63,484 nt of DNA, filler included, from Lenisia limosa (GCA_001655205.1; 10 parts of 10 records of this genome joined end to end with filler, not necessarily neighbours in it), one strand, 5' to 3'. Positions 26,884 through 41,810 are shown, counted from the whole stretch's first letter. The notes: a model not told the origin generated them from the sequence alone. Numbers and translations are program-made.

Positions 26884-29800
26884 CTAAAGCGATGCCAATG
26901 TAGGGCGCCCCGGGCGTGGCCTAAAGCATTACACAGTGCTATAGTGTATTTCGAATAATGTCACATGAGTCTGTCTGACCTAGGCTTTACAATCGGGCGA
27001 TGAGGGAAGAAGGACTCCCCCGTTTCCGCCATGGACATGAGTATAGGTGATGGCTTAAATCGGCTGCCCAGAGGCTCATATGTTCTGAGAGGGTGTTAAA
27101 AGCTGGATTCAGGAAGTTCCTCATAGCCAAGAAAAGTTGTCAACTCTTTAGAGAGTTCTTTTTTAAAATGGCAACAAGGTTGTACTACCCAACATGCCCA
27201 GCCCTACCTGAGATCTGCGACTACGGCACCGATGCCCTTATCTGTGATATACTGCAGCAGCCCACCTCTAAAAAATATGATAATGGGCAATCAAATTTCT
27301 GTCGATATTGTAAGTGCCTCATAGATCACTACCACACCTGAAAGGAGGAAATCCGGTGCCCATGACCATAGCTAGGTCCACTGCGTCAGCCGACGCCACT
27401 TTGTCCTGAATACATGAAATAGTGTCATTGTGACAATTGGGTGCATTCTTTTCAATAATAGGAAATAGTGATATGATAGTATATCATATTCTATGAATAA
27501 AAAGAAATTACTGAAAACGAAGATCAGGTGATGTCAAATAGTAATAAGAAGAAATAACTGAAAACTGATTCAATTATAGTAATAAAATTTTGAATCACTC
27601 AATACGAAGAAATAAAAATTAGAAATATAAGTCTCCTGTCAAATAATATACCTGCACAATGTAAGAAGCCTCATTAGCCATGGCCATAAGGCAGCGGTTT
27701 GTGATTTCTTTTGGATAGAGCTGCTTTGATGGTCTCAGTTGTTCCAGCGCCTCGGTAGTTTCTGAAGCGATTGTGGCCTTAAAAAGTGAGTTATAATTGA
27801 GATTAGTTGTAATAGTATACAGATAAGAATTCATCATCACAATGACTTGGAAAATCTCTACACTCAATGTTACTCAAATAAGCCTTGATCTTGATACAAG
27901 TAGCTTGTTTGTATTCTCACAGATTTCGGTTGAAATAGCAAAACATTAATCTTCAGAACTAAGATTAACCAACCTTTCCGGTGACAAAATAGTTATAGAA
28001 GCCCTTGCGAGTCTATATGGTAAGATTAGCATCAGACGAAATTAATTAAAGAAGTGAATAGTAAAAGCCTTATTTTCCAGATACTTTTGGTGTACATGTC
28101 TGTAGCTGTTAGATTATATGACATATGACACTGTTATCCATGCTACCTTCTTTCCAAGATGTTTCTTGTTCAACTTTTCCTTCATAAGACCTGGATCTAC
28201 ACAGTTATTATGAATTTCTATCAACTGTAACATTGCCCGCACATAATCATGAACCATTACATATGATCAAAGACATCAATTAGTTATAACTTCAAGTTTT
28301 TCAACTCTTGTTACAGCTTACCGAGGCTTTCCGTGAACCTGGGTGAAATAGTAGCAAGACTTGGCCCAACGTGAAGAGCGATATCAATACCCACCTGTGA
28401 CGTAATTACTCATTGATTGCAATGATCATCATAACCTCTTCCCCCTACTTCCGGGAGGCGGGGGAAGGAGAGGAGGGCGGGGGAAGGAGAGGAGGGCGGG
28501 GGAAAATATTATGTTATGACTAACGCCTTTAGTCCAATATCAATATAATTCTTCACTTTGGGCATTGTGGAAATGGAGTCCAAATGTAGCAGATGTAAGC
28601 CCATTCGTCACCTCATCCATCAGTCGAATGGGACCCATCGGCATTCCAAACGCCACCAAAGCATTGTCAATGGCAACTGGTGAAATTCTAAAATGGGAAG
28701 GTTAAAATATGCAACAGCAGTGTCAGTTCAAAAATATTTCAAAATATATTCTTGTTAAATTAGATTTTTTGAGACAATTTCTGGGTATTGTCCTAATATT
28801 GTCTTGAGAATCACCTACCCTTCCATCATAATTCTATAAGCTTCGTTCATATAGGCGCCTAAATAATTAGAGCAGATTATATACTCCACCTTACCAAGAA
28901 TTCGGTTCACAATAAAGCCTGGAGAATCACGACAGAGAACAGGAACCTGAGGATTTAATATAAGAGCAATATTAGCATCATATCCTTGCATACTAACGCT
29001 GACCAATTTTTTTGCAATTTGAAAACATAGGCATATTCTTAACAAATATTACTCAAAAAATAAATTGTCATTGCCATCAACTTGATTTCACAATCTGTAA
29101 AATAGAAAGCTTGGAATTTACCCGTATATACCTTATTGAGACGAAGACAGAGTCGCCAAACAGCTATGACAACCTAAAAGGGTTTGTTAAATAATAACAG
29201 TACAATATTATTGAAACTCAACAATACAAAATCTTGCAACATAAATTGGTTTACTTGAACATGTATGATACAAAGGGAAAGGGGATTAAATATATCTCTA
29301 ATTAACGCATCATATAGGAAAACTCATATCTCAACCAACCTCAGGTGAAGTTTTACAATTTTCAGGATTGAGCTCATTGGTTCCTTTCTAAAGCTGTAAA
29401 TTTCGGGATAGAATTTGCAATCCTAATAATCTCTTAGATACTTGTTAGCAGTACCTAGGCCGCAGCCAATCCGTAAAAAGTGAAAAGTTTGATATTTGCC
29501 TGTTTTTCAGCTTAAACTTGTCACGATGCCCCTATGAAAATACATCTAGCTATAGCTCACGTTGTATATATTGTTCACCCATAGTGTATGTAATACTTAA
29601 TACACACTTTGAGATGGGGGATGACTTCGACAAGTGGCAACTTTTTCACTGGATTGAAGAAGTGCATTCCAATAATCTGAGAAATTAAATACAATATTTG
29701 TATTCCTGTGGAAAGACGGAATATGTTTTGGGAGAATTAAATAACCTGTGAAAAAATGTTATTTTGTCTTTTTGAGTTACCATTTATATTAAGTATCATG

Positions 29801-32800
29801 TTGTTGCTGTAAAATTAGGTATTTCCCTAATTTCAAACATTTTCAGGGCGTTTTGCGTTAGAGGCAATTTCAGCAATAGAGAGAGCGGATGTGTTGGTAG
29901 CAATAATACAGGATGGGGAACTAGGCTGTTAGTTGAAATGATTTATGTTATTCAACTGTTATTAAACCTAATCCTTCGACCAAATCAGAAAACAGTGATA
30001 TTGTACCATTACATCAAAACAATATACTATGTGATGCTCACTAAACCTGCCCACACAACTTCCTCGAGAGACTGGATGACTTTGAGTTTGAGATCCAAAC
30101 GCTCAACAGCAGCTTCAATCACAATGTCACAATCTGAAAAACACTTAGTAAATTGTCACAATCGCAATAACACTAGCAACTATTATGTGAATATTGTACC
30201 TTTAAAGATTTTAGTTCAATAATTATCGCCATTTGCAAAATTGTGATCATACCAACCTTTAAACCCGTCCATTTGAGTTCCACCCTTCACTCGGCTTAGT
30301 ACATTGTTCGCTTCATCCCTCGTCAATTTTCGGCGTTTAACTTTTTCCTCCATTTCTTGAGCAACAAGGAAGATACCCTTAGTGACGAACTCATCCCTAA
30401 AAGAGTCACGAATGAAGGCTAAGCAAAGCTGCACATTATCATAAACACTCCTAGACTTAATGTACAAAATATTTCTAATATTTTGTACATAAAACCTACT
30501 TGATATCTCGAATGTAGACCTCAAAGCCATTCAACACTGAGGAATCAATCAATTGACAACAGTCAAAAAACACCCTTGAATAAAATGCAAAAAGGCAAAA
30601 CATTTGCACAACCAGAGGTGCCGTTCTAAATGAGATCAAAACTTACCCATTAAACTCGCAATTCCCGATCCCATAACTCCAGCTCCAACAACTCCAATCT
30701 TCTTGACATTTCGACCTTCGCTTTCTGAAAAGAATGACATGATGATCTAAAAATGCCGATTTTACTGTTAAATGGGCTGCAAATTGAAGGATGAGATTAT
30801 TTACATGATAAATTCACTCAAATTTCACCAGAAGAATTGTGCAATAGTCTATTCCATATCCAAATCACTTGTATCACAAAGGCCTTCTAGTCCCTCAGCT
30901 TTCTTGGCAGCATCATGGAGAAGGAAAAGCGTTTGCAGGTGCTTTGCTTCGTGAGTTACTGCTAGTTTGCCAAACACTTCAGATTCTCGGTGGAATGCCT
31001 GTTGAGAAGTATGAATTTCTTGTTAACATTTACACTTTTAGCGTTTTTGATTAAAAATTGAATTATGTAGTACAGCTTCACAAAGAGAACCTTTGAATTT
31101 ACCTCTTTCATTGGAATATCGAATGTTGCCAACATGTGGTCAAGGCAAATGTATGGTGCAGGATACTGTAAATATTATCACATAAATTCGAATTGCTTGG
31201 AATGATAACGTGCAACATTCTTGGACATTCATGAAAAGACTGAAAACAACAAGAGAACTCCCTCTCACTTTTCCTTTGGTGGTTTTGTCAAGTTGTCTTC
31301 TTGCGGTATACCCAAGAATAGCTTTACCTGTGATACTTGTAAGTGTCCACCAAGGTCATAAGGCAGTGTATAAGAACAAGGTTATAAAACAGATTAGGAA
31401 GAATATCAATAGTCGAGTGTGTATTCGTTGACTCATATGCGCATTTTTCCCAATTCTGATTTTTAAATATAATTCCATAAATCCTCAAGTACCCCCCCTC
31501 AATTATTTTTATCATTACTGTTACTCAGTTCTTCTCTCATAACCGCCCCCAGTCATTTCAATGATCTAAAGGGTCCGGAATAGAAATACCCCTACTACCA
31601 ATACAGTTCGACTGTAACAGCCAATTTGTCCATGACAGGGGCAAATGGTGCGATACAAATCTAAAGGTCAAAAGAGGCGAAAGAGCGAATGGTGACTCAA
31701 AGTTTGTGTACTTCAAAGCTTTATTTTAGAAGATAGTTAAAAGTTGATAATAATTAGGGCTCCGAGCAAATCTAAATACAAACACATAGTGTAACCAGAA
31801 CCCCTTTTCAGACACTTTAATTTCTATTTGTCAATTAATTTCTTAAACAATACTACTCGAAGCCCTGCTAATAAATTAATCCTATTCTTAAAATATAGCT
31901 CACTTTCCAGAAGCCACTTTCAGGGCAAGAGAGCGGACTTCATGAAAGAACATATTTTGACCTAAATATTTAATAAAGCTATCTTAGAATCATCATTGCC
32001 ATTAATCGTGTTTTGAACCTACCAGGCCAGCTGTCTTCGCAAACAATGACCTTATCAATGAGGCCAAGTGCCTGAGTTGTTAATTACTCATGACTTCTTG
32101 TTTTATTTTAGGAGACTTTTTTTGCATTGCATTCCCAAAAAAATGGTGGTAACAATTTCCTCAAATTTTGATTTGTAGGTTTATTATTAGTTCAGATTTA
32201 AACAAATGATTTTAGTTGTAGTATCTAAAATTGATATTATAATACGAGATTTGATAATTGTGACAAAAGGGGATGGGACTTATACTTACTTTTGCCTTTT
32301 TGGGGGAGTAGGATCTTCCAGCTAAAATAGAAGAGATTGCATTTGCAAGTCCAACCAAATGGGGCAAGCGAACTGTTCCGCCTCTATACAGGTTACTTTT
32401 ATGAAGGAAATCGAGTATATATCGTGCTATGTCGCTATAATCATCAAAATGTCTTGTCGTTACTATCAAGAACAACGTTTATACCCCAATACGCTCCAGG
32501 CATGATTCCAAGTTTTGTTTCAGGGAGACCAATTGTGCCTTCATCAGAGCCCTAAATTTGTCAATGAACAATTGATTGGTTTGTGATGCTACTGATGTTT
32601 CATGTTTCTAGAATTTATTTACAAATTCACCTGGGTATACTTTAACAATATTATAACAAACGTGTTATGAAACTTGATAGCTGTTTAGAAATTGTAACCA
32701 TTTCTATCACCTCAATCAAACCCACATTCGGCCTAGAAGACCACATAACACGGTAAGTGCAACTTAAAACAAGTTCGCAACCAGCACCAAGAGCATGACC

Positions 32801-33783
32801 CTAGTGTAATTATAGTGAAAGAAGCATTACTGTTAGTGTAAAATTCATGAAACCATAATTAGGGCTTTACTTCGGTCCATAAAAAGACTGAATTTCTCGA
32901 TAAACCCTCGAAAACTATCGATATTTTACCAGTATTTTTTGAAACGAAGTGAAGCCCAAACCATAATATTGCATATTGCACAAACCTTAATAGCAGCAAT
33001 CGTGGGTACTGGGAGAGCTTGCAAACGAACCAAATGATCCTGGAACTCAGCTGCAGAAGTTGCTATTTCTGTATTGTTATTAATAGGGCTCTGTGCAATT
33101 AATTAAAACAATAATTGAAAAATTTGAAGTGAGACATAGTATCCTAGATTATAGTGTTACATACATTTATTTTCATTCATTTCCAAATAACATGGTTAAA
33201 CTAGGCTTAGCATTTTGAGAGATATATTTTAGTATTCTAAAACCTAACAGTGATAAGTTTTGGAACGTACAAATTTCACATTGTGGTGTTAAATTGAACA
33301 GGTAATATTCAGAAAACCAACAGTAAATTGTAAAATGGAAAAGTTATCATTTATCTGTTGCTTATACCTTGCTCCATCGTTGAAGGGTAAATTGACTTAA
33401 CATCAGCACCCATGATAAATGCGTTAGCGGAACTAATAATCACTACGGTGGCAATGAGGGAGTTGACAGCCATGCGTGTTACTATTAAAAGCGCCTAATA
33501 CGTTAATCAGTAGCTTTAATTGGCTGGTATTCAAATCTTCCATTGCACACGTCATCAAACTGAGACGAGAATTCTTGGTCTACCACATTGGCGGTTTTAC
33601 CAGGTTCGGGAGAAAGGACAATCCACGCAATGGTGTGAGCGTCTGACACCTTTGTGTTGTGAGTAGTTAGACGTTTTGGGTATCAGGTATGTTGAATTAG
33701 TAATTGATAATTGCTTTGATTAACAATAAATTAATGCATGTGCAATTCACTACGGCGCATCGACTTAGTATTCTTGTAAACAT
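26884..33783 (-). CDS. Trifunctional/multifunctional fatty-acid beta-oxidation enzyme alpha subunit (enoyl-CoA hydratase + 3-hydroxyacyl-CoA dehydrogenase; HADHA/FadJ-like)
   Basis: Exons ISSANAFIMGADVK, LPVPTIAAIK|GHALGAGCELVLSCTYR, KKIGVVGAGVMGSGIA, DIVIEAAVERLDLK, IGMHFFNPVKKLPLVEVI, CRDSPGFIVNRILG, AFGMPMGPIRLMDEV, VDLAMVMGTGFPPFRGGLL. The start (MFTRILSRCA) and the last exon are tentative. Confidence 0.92.
28455..28504. repeat. 18-bp purine-rich tandem repeat (gggcgggggaaggagagga), intronic
   Basis: Read directly, about 2.7 copies. Confidence 0.85.
32860..32959. mobile_element. MITE family A copy (in HADHA-like intron)
   Basis: tagggctttacttcggtcc...gaaacgaagtgaagccc. Confidence 0.85.
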
Positions 33784-34779
33784 GTTGATATTTTATAATG
33801 GGTTTGGAAATTTGGAGAAATGTATGGGATTCCCAAATAAAACAAGGGAATTCTAAGTCAATACGCAGTAGCATTAAATATTTAACAAAGATCAGTGTGA
33901 AGAGTTGAAGGTAGATAGGCTTACCACATTGACGCGTGTTTGTTGTTTGCCAACCAAAATGGCTTCACTACTGCTATGTAAATTTTTTGATGCATAATGA
34001 TATGAATATATTTCACAAATCTATATTTTGATCACATGAGATGACAGAGAATATTAATCTTACATACATCACACCCACTGACCCAAAAGGAAGTTGTGAA
34101 AACTCTCGGGGCAACTTTGGCTTTGCTCCAATCATATCTTAAATCTTCAGATAAATATTTCACGGATAAAGTGTCTGATACTACAATTTTGATAGGGTAT
34201 TAAAAAATAAAGATACGATACCAGACAGAAAGTAACTAATGGTAGATAAAATTGAATAAAAAACAGCTGTCAATATTTGAAAGTAAAAGTTGTGTGATTT
34301 CTATTAGTTAAATTTAAGAGAATGAGTTTATGAATGAATTTGATCTGCAAAATAAAGCTATTTGGCTGCTTCCCAATTAGGAAATTTAGAATGATCTATG
34401 ATCATGTGCTCGTGCTCTAATTCAAACAACATAGGGATTACCTTCAGTCAAACTGACATTGAAGGTAATTTCAACAAGAAAACCAAGAGTTTTCGACACT
34501 ATTCCCAATGAGGAAAGTTACCACTTATCTAATATAATATATACAATTATATGATATGGGTAATTATATATTATATAAGAACCGAAATAATTCCGAAGCT
34601 TGACCGCCCGGGCATTCAAAGTCCATTCCCCCAAATAAGCAAACTTTCCTTTTTGGGATGAATTAAGTTAACCTTGGAAATGAGCTAATTATTGGGCCAT
34701 TAACTGAATGCCATCTTTTAGTAGTGTATGGCGAAGAATAGATGAGAACTCATAAGTGTTCGTGATACTTTTTTTCAAA

Positions 34780-37700
34780 ATGTCCCAATCGCATAGTCCC
34801 GCGGTTCCTTCAAGGTTAAATGTTTGGGGATTCCATTGATTCTGCATATTTTTTGTATGCTAGTGATATTATGCTTATGAGATATAAATATAATATGATA
34901 TAAATATTATATCATATAAATTCTATGATTGAAGTTGCTTTTCCTCATAAAAATTCTCATTCATTTCCCCAAAATTTAACAACAACATAGGTAACTTCGA
35001 CACCTGTATCATTTCAGTCGCCTACATCAGATGTGCACACGGTGAGACGTTAAAATGACTAAAGTGCAACTGTCTCTGCTGATAAGGAAACTGAAGACTC
35101 ACTTGATTGTGTTTATGTGACTAAATATCCAGACTCAGTCCACCGACAACCGATACACACAGGTGGGGAGTGTTTCTATTAATCATTGCTATGGGAGGGA
35201 GATCTGTGTCTGAGAGTATTTGCATTTGCAAGCTTTCATGGCTTAGTGATGTATTCACAAACAACTTAGGATGGAAGGAATCCAGGTACACCAAGCTTCA
35301 GAGTCTTTAATGCACTTACCCCAAGTGCTAACCTCACACCGGCGATTGCAAATAAAAAACGTTTGTAGGAACCTCTTAGTTTATTAGTCCCCTCTGTTTA
35401 GTTTTATGCTCTATAATTATTTTGATTATATGTTTGAATTAAACATAAACTTATATATTTTTACTTGTGGGTGCGTATCAAATCTCTTACGTTGCTTGTA
35501 GCTGCGAAATTGACTCAACAAATTGAAGCAGCTGTACCAGGTTTTATTCCAAAAACTGGTAAGTACACAATCACAGATTTAGATTTATTAATTACGTTTT
35601 AGGGGTATTTCTTCAATTCAAGGGTTTAACAACGAACGTTGATTGTGCAAAGGTAAGTAATTGGTTGTTAATAGAGTTAAGCAGTGGAGATAATTGCAAT
35701 GAACATCAAATCCATACATATCGAGGTCATGTTCCCATTTTGCAAATATTTCTGATCTTAAAGTTGGAACAGCCCAAAACATTGATTCGTGATGTTTCTG
35801 GAAGTGTATTACCCGGGCAGCTTCTTGGAATAATGGTAAGAAGCCTTGAGTTTGTCCTCCCTATTAAACATATAAACTATATTATATACAGTGACCTTGA
35901 TAAATCTTGACCAATTTGCTTTGTAATTTCCTAAGGAAAATAGGTCAAGATTTATTCATATCATTGTATACATATGTTCTTACAAATATTTGCAGTATTA
36001 TCAAACCAAATATTTTTGCCTAGAATCAAATAGTTTATGAATAAACTCCTCAAGTTTTCAGGGTCCATCTGGGGCTGGGAAGACTACTCTTCTCAATTCT
36101 CTGGCCGGGAGGATCACGAAAGGCAGTTAGAGAGGAATCTTGGCAATAAAAGACTTTTCAAATATTCATTTAAGATAAACATAACAATGTTGCATAGTTT
36201 AACAACAAAGATCTATGATGATAAGTTATTGATAAAACAGATTATAGTGCTGATTATTTGATATGATTATTTGTTTACGCCACAGTGACAGTCTGCGGGG
36301 AAATATCGGCAAATGGGCAAAAACTTCAAGCCAAGCAATTCAGAAAAGTCGGAGATGAATGAGAGATATCTTTAACCGAACTTAAAAGACGATCTTCATT
36401 AACCAGTCAGATTGGAGGCTATGTTCCGCAACAGGATCTCTTCCTCCTTACAAGTACACCACGTGAAATTTTACAATTTCACGCTAATTTAAGGCTTACT
36501 GATGTGATTGGTGATGACTATGCTTACTTTACATAATTTGATCAGCTATATTGTTGCTCATTCAGTTAATTTTTGGTCACAGTATCATCGTCAGATCAAA
36601 AGACACATTTGACTGCTTTAGCTTTCTGCAAAAGAGAAGCATGCCATTGTTGAAAAAGTAATCTCTGATTTGAGGCTTGACAAAGTTGCCGATACTCAGG
36701 TAAGATGCATCCTTTGGTATTTCATTACTTGGCAAGTATTCTATCACAATGAATCCTATAACAATTTTATACTCTTCTAGATTTGAATAAGATGATATTT
36801 TTATTTGACAGATTCGTCGGAACCTCTCTGGCGGCGAGAAGCGGAGGGTCTCAGTGGCCGTTGAAATTGTTGCTAACCCTGTAGGATTGGTTGTATATCA
36901 ATTAATTCAATGGGGTGGAAGGCTTTTTGAACTGCCTAATTGTAATATCCAAACTAAATGATTTTAGAGCCTTTTGTTTTTGGACGAACCAACAACTGGA
37001 CTTGACTCAGACTCCGCGCTAGATTGTGGGAGTGTGTTTCAATGAATTAACAATTTTCTTTCTTTTGGTAACACCAGCGTTCGAAACTTGTGTTTCAACA
37101 ATTTTGTAGTGAGTTCTGAGAAATCATCATCCGGTATTTGGCAACACTTCGCAGTATTTATATGCCTAGAAAGCTACATCAATAAAATTTGGATATTTCA
37201 TCAATACTATGTATTCATGTTTTAGTGATTATACTTCTTGCAAAAATGGCTGAAAACTCTGGAAGAACCATTATTTGTACGATCCACCAGCCATCAGGAA
37301 TGATTGTCGACAAGTTGAATCAAATGTGCATTTTAGCTGCGGTAAGCTGGATAAAAACCTGCTAAAATTGGCTATGATTGAAAAATAATATCATCAAAAA
37401 ATAAGTATTTCACCCTTTAGCTGTATTGATTATCAAACCTTGTTGTCTTTGAACACCAAATCTGTCCATAAATATTTGAATCCCGTTTTAATCCTAATAC
37501 CATTATCTAGGGCCGAATAGCGTTCTGGAACAAACCTTCAGAGCTTCCTGCCTACTTAACTTCTATTAATCATCCTTGTTCAATATCAGCGTCACCCGTT
37601 GAAACTGCCCTCAGTGTATTTAGTGGCTCAGAGGTAAGCAAAATGCTGTGCATCTTCATAAGGTATCCAATGTATAATCGTTGTATAATCAATTAGGCCG

Positions 37701-40330
37701 AAGTGACTGCAATTCTCCAGGAAGCAAAAAGGAATAACATCGTAATCAATAGCTCAGAGAAAATAGGTATACTTGACATAAGGCTAGGTAGACAGCCAGT
37801 GGAATGCAATAGTACCTTGTAATTATATTTTTTACGTTACCTAGTAACTAAACACAAATAGCAAATGTAGTGTTGTCAGGATAACTTCGACTATCAATAC
37901 ATTTCTTAGAGTACAGCCCAACCAGAAGTTACAGAATTACAAGAGATCTACAGACAGAAACTCCCCCTATTATCTCAAATTGTATGTGAGTGTATCCTAA
38001 TTGTGATGGATTTTCATATCATACATTATGTAGCATTTGTATTGTTTGAAGTGCCTAAGTACGGCATTGACATTGTATCCAGTAACGAATTTAGGGACTT
38101 ATGACAAAACGTGCATTCAGACACACTATGAGGTTGCCTCAGCTATCAATTGGCCGAATGTTTCAGGTAACGTCAAAATGTGGAGGATGGTATTGTCACT
38201 TTTGGCATTCTGTTTTTGTGAAATGCAAAACTGTTTCAAATTAACTTTTAGGCTGTCTTCTTTGCTCTGGTTTGTGGAGCATTATGGTTTGTTTGGCTTT
38301 GATAAATTGCCTTCATATTTCAAATTCCTTCCTGATAACTTGATAGGTTCCAAATAGATAACGACCAAACATCAATTCAAGACCGACAAGCATTCATGTT
38401 CATCACATTGATATCTCTTTTCATGGGAACGTGAGTGGGTTTGTGTATTATATTATTATGTGAACAGATAGAGGAGAATAAGAGATGTTTATACCAGTCA
38501 ATAATACGACTCAACCAACAGCTTTTAAGTTAATTTGAAAAAATCTTGCATAAAAAAATGCCGGAAGTAACAAAACCATAACATCAACATAATTTACATT
38601 TCCTTATATCATTAGAGCCATGCCTTCAGTCCTTGCTTTTCCTGCTGAACGGGTAAGAAAAGGAAACTAGGGAGAATGTGTATATTTTTCATTTCTTTAT
38701 GTCTTTTCAAGAACAAAAATTACTTTCAAGGATTGATTAGTAATATGATTTCTCACATTTCTGGTGACACGAGGGAGGATCAATTATAATTAAATTACAA
38801 ATACTCAGAATGTTGTTGTTCGTGAAACTGCCAGTGGCATCTACACCCCTCTTGCCTATTATCTTGGTCGATCATTGAGTGATCTGCCAGTTGCCGTCGC
38901 AACTCCAGTGTTGTTTTCGCTTCTTGGTAGGGGCTGTATTTGGTAAATAACGTCGTCATCTGAGTAATACTGTATCTTTGATATTAATTAAAACCCCTTG
39001 CAATTAATTTTTTGAAGAAATGAATTGACACCAAAATGTCTGAAATTGAGTTTACATTATAATATGTCTCACGTCAAATTTTGCAATTTTTTTTTCAATT
39101 AATTACCCGGGACCTAACGTCAATGCATGGTAAAGCAGTCACACTTCCAGTGTATTGGACCGTAGGGTTTAGGGCGTCAATAGGGAACTTTGCAGTGTTT
39201 GCAGCAGTTCAACTCTGTACAAATATCACTGCGGCTTCAATGGGCATTATGCTCAGTGTCATGTTTGCAACTCCGGAGGTTTGCAAATAGCTCGTTTAGC
39301 TGATTTATAACAATTTCTCTACAATTTCAACAGGCATTTTGCGAATCATTTTGCTTTCTAATTGCAATCACTGTGTGGACAATTGCATCCAAATACAATA
39401 TCCTGAAGACTGTAGGTAGCAGCTGCCGTGAGCCCTGCAGTAATCATGCCGTTTTCGATGCTAAGTGGCTTCATGGTTAATAGTGAAAACCTAGGATACA
39501 TCCTAAAACCGTAAGTCAGAGAATGTTACGAAAAATATAATTGCGTTGTATAAACCTTTAGTAGTATCGGAACTCGATTTACAGTGTTTTTGATTTAAAA
39601 AGGTCCCATTTTTGACAATTCATTTCCTACATTAATTTTTTTCTGAAGCTACTTTTCATATTTGCATATTGGAGAAAATTTCGCCGTTCTTCTATATGTT
39701 TGACATTCTAATGATCAACGAATTTGACGTAAGTATTGAGAGCATCTCAGTTACATGTCCTTGATTCCCCAAATTGTCAATATTTTTGATAATATGTTAG
39801 GACTTGGAGTTAACTTGTACAACACAGCAGTTGAAGATTTTTGAGAACTCCTGCCCTGTAACCAATGGGTCACAGGTAAACAAATGGTATAATAATTATG
39901 TTTATGTAAAAATTGAACCTCAATCAACAATCAATAGCATTCCACCTCATTTTGCCAGGTACTTGAAAGCCGGGGTATTGACGCAGCCAATTTGGGTCGT
40001 GACTGTTGGCGGGACTTTAATAATCATAAATGATGACAGTTTGAATTTTGACATTCATATTTGAAAAAATATGGATCAGGTCATTGATATTTTATTCAAT
40101 ATAAAATACATCAATACATGGAATCAGCCAGTTTGCATTTTGTAATTTGCAATCTGACCCTCACAGTTGCTTGTATCATTGGTTTTATTGTTTCCTTTCG
40201 GTAAGAGGGTAGATAGAACACCAATTTTCATTTGGATTTGAATCCATTCTGTGAATAATTTTAGTAACTGTCTAGACTCCTTGCATTTGTGTTTTTGAGA
40301 AGAGCTTGTAAGAAAGCCATTCCAGCCTAG
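34780..40330 (+). CDS. ABCG (White-type) half transporter
   Basis: LIRDVSGSVLPGQLLGIM|GPSGAGKTTLLNSLAGR, GYVPQQD, LSGGEKRRVSVAVEIVANP|SLLFLDEPTTGLDSDSA, GRTIICTIHQPS, RETASGIYTPLAYYLGR, MPFSMLSGFMVN, ending RLLAFVFLRRACKKAIPA*. The start is tentative. Confidence 0.95.
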
Positions 40331-40430
40331 GCCTGCTGTTGTGAAACGAAACCATTTGTATTCTGTGTAATGTATCAATAAACCTGTAATATAACATGAC
40401 TGCATAGGCTCGTGGATACACTTTATATCT

Positions 40431-40517
40431 TATGGCTTCACTTCGGTTCAAAAAAGACTGAATTTCTCGATAAATCCTCGAAAACTATCGATATTTTCGA
40501 ACCAAAGTGAAGTCCTA
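40431..40517. mobile_element. MITE family A copy
   Basis: tatggcttcacttcggttc...gaaccaaagtgaagtccta. Confidence 0.85.
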
Positions 40518-40631
40518 AATATGGAATAGAAGCTATTGTGCTTGGAGCTGTTCGACACAGTGAAAGTCACAAAATTCTATAGACATTACAAAATTACAAA
40601 CGAATAAAAATACAAGACCTGGGGCATAGAG

Positions 40632-40842
40632 TTAGAGGCCGCGCTTGGAGCGAAGCTTCTTCATTTCTGGTGTCTCCTTAATGATGCGATTCACCTAGTG
40701 GTGGAGTAAAATCGGAAAAATTATCAAACAAAAAAGCCCAGAAGAGGGATGAGCAAAAAAGGAAAATTGTCAAAACAATGCCCAAAATCAAGATAAGTCC
40801 AGTGCTAGAGCGAAACCTCACGGATGACAGTATTAATCCTGA
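40632..40842 (-). CDS. C-terminal fragment of an unidentified small protein
   Basis: Two GT-AG exons, INTVIRE|VNRIIKETPEMKKLRSKRGL*. The upstream part falls in an N gap. Confidence 0.4.
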
Positions 40843-41186
40843 AAAGAAGCCCCCCCCCCCCCNNNNNNNNNNNNNNNNNNNNNNNNNNNNNNNNNNNNNN
40901 NNNNNNNNNNNNNNNNNNNNNNNNNNNNNNNNNNNNNNNNNNNNNNNNNNNNNNNNNNNNNNNNNNNNNNNNNNNNNNNNNNNNNNNNNNNNNNNNNNNN
41001 NNNNNNNNNNNNNNNNNNNNNNNNNNNNNNNNTTTTTATTTTAAAAAAAAAACGATAGTTTTAAAAGATTTATCGAGAAATGTAGTCTTTTTTCGAACTG
41101 AAGTGACGAAATTACCCTATATTTTCAAAATATATCTGTATTCTTGCTCCCAAAGAGTATTACTCTTGCCCTGTTGTCAAACAAAG

Positions 41187-41269
41187 CATCACTTCAAGGC
41201 CAAACCATCAAAGAAAGCACCACTTCAAGGCCAAACCAGCAAGCAAAGCACCACTTCAAGGCCAAACCG
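41187..41269. repeat. 31-bp tandem repeat (gcaccacttcaaggccaaacc...aaa) x2.7
   Basis: cacttcaaggccaaacc occurs three times at 31-bp spacing, just downstream of a stop codon. Confidence 0.85.
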
Positions 41270-41273
41270 CTAC

Positions 41274-41810
41274 CTACGGCGTATTGGGCGTAGCAACACG
41301 TGAAGACGACCTCTTGAACTCCTTCGCCTTCTGAATGCGGGCGTTGTTGAGTTTGCGCTCGGTATCGTTCATTGCACATGACTCAACACGGATTTGCTCC
41401 TAAGGGAGTAACTAAGGAAATTTCGGTGAAGAATAATTGCTCCGCAGGGGGGTCAAATCAACAGAGTAAAAATAATAGTCACTAAAGGGAGATTAAATGA
41501 TTACAGTTTCACGTTGTAAAATAGTCTCATTATGTTTAGTTTTGTGGTGTATTACGAAAAGAGACAAGTCCACAAACCTTATGAAGGTCAATTTGATGCA
41601 CCAGGACACCATGCTCAGCATGCTGCTTTTTGCGCTTCTAAAGAGTGTGACAGACAGTATCAAATATAAGTTATGATGTAATACTATGATTTAATAGAAA
41701 CAACCTTGTTTTAATTCTCATCTCCATACAATATTCATGTATTATAAGATCTGAAAGGCAAGACCTACGTTAATTTTGGCCTCCTTCTGTTCACGTTCGT
41801 ACTCGTCCGC
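41274..41810 (-). CDS. Coiled-coil protein C-terminus (5' partial)
   Basis: Exons ADEYEREQKEAKIN, KRKKQHAEHGVLVHQIDLHK|EQIRVESCAMNDTERKLNNARIQKAKEFKRSSSRVATPNTP*. Confidence 0.55.

Noticed and set aside
41187-41269. CRISPR-like array
   Set aside because: Only three 17-21 bp cores with 10-14 bp related interspaces, in a eukaryotic 3' region, with no cas genes. The same applies to the 25-bp repeat at 63230.
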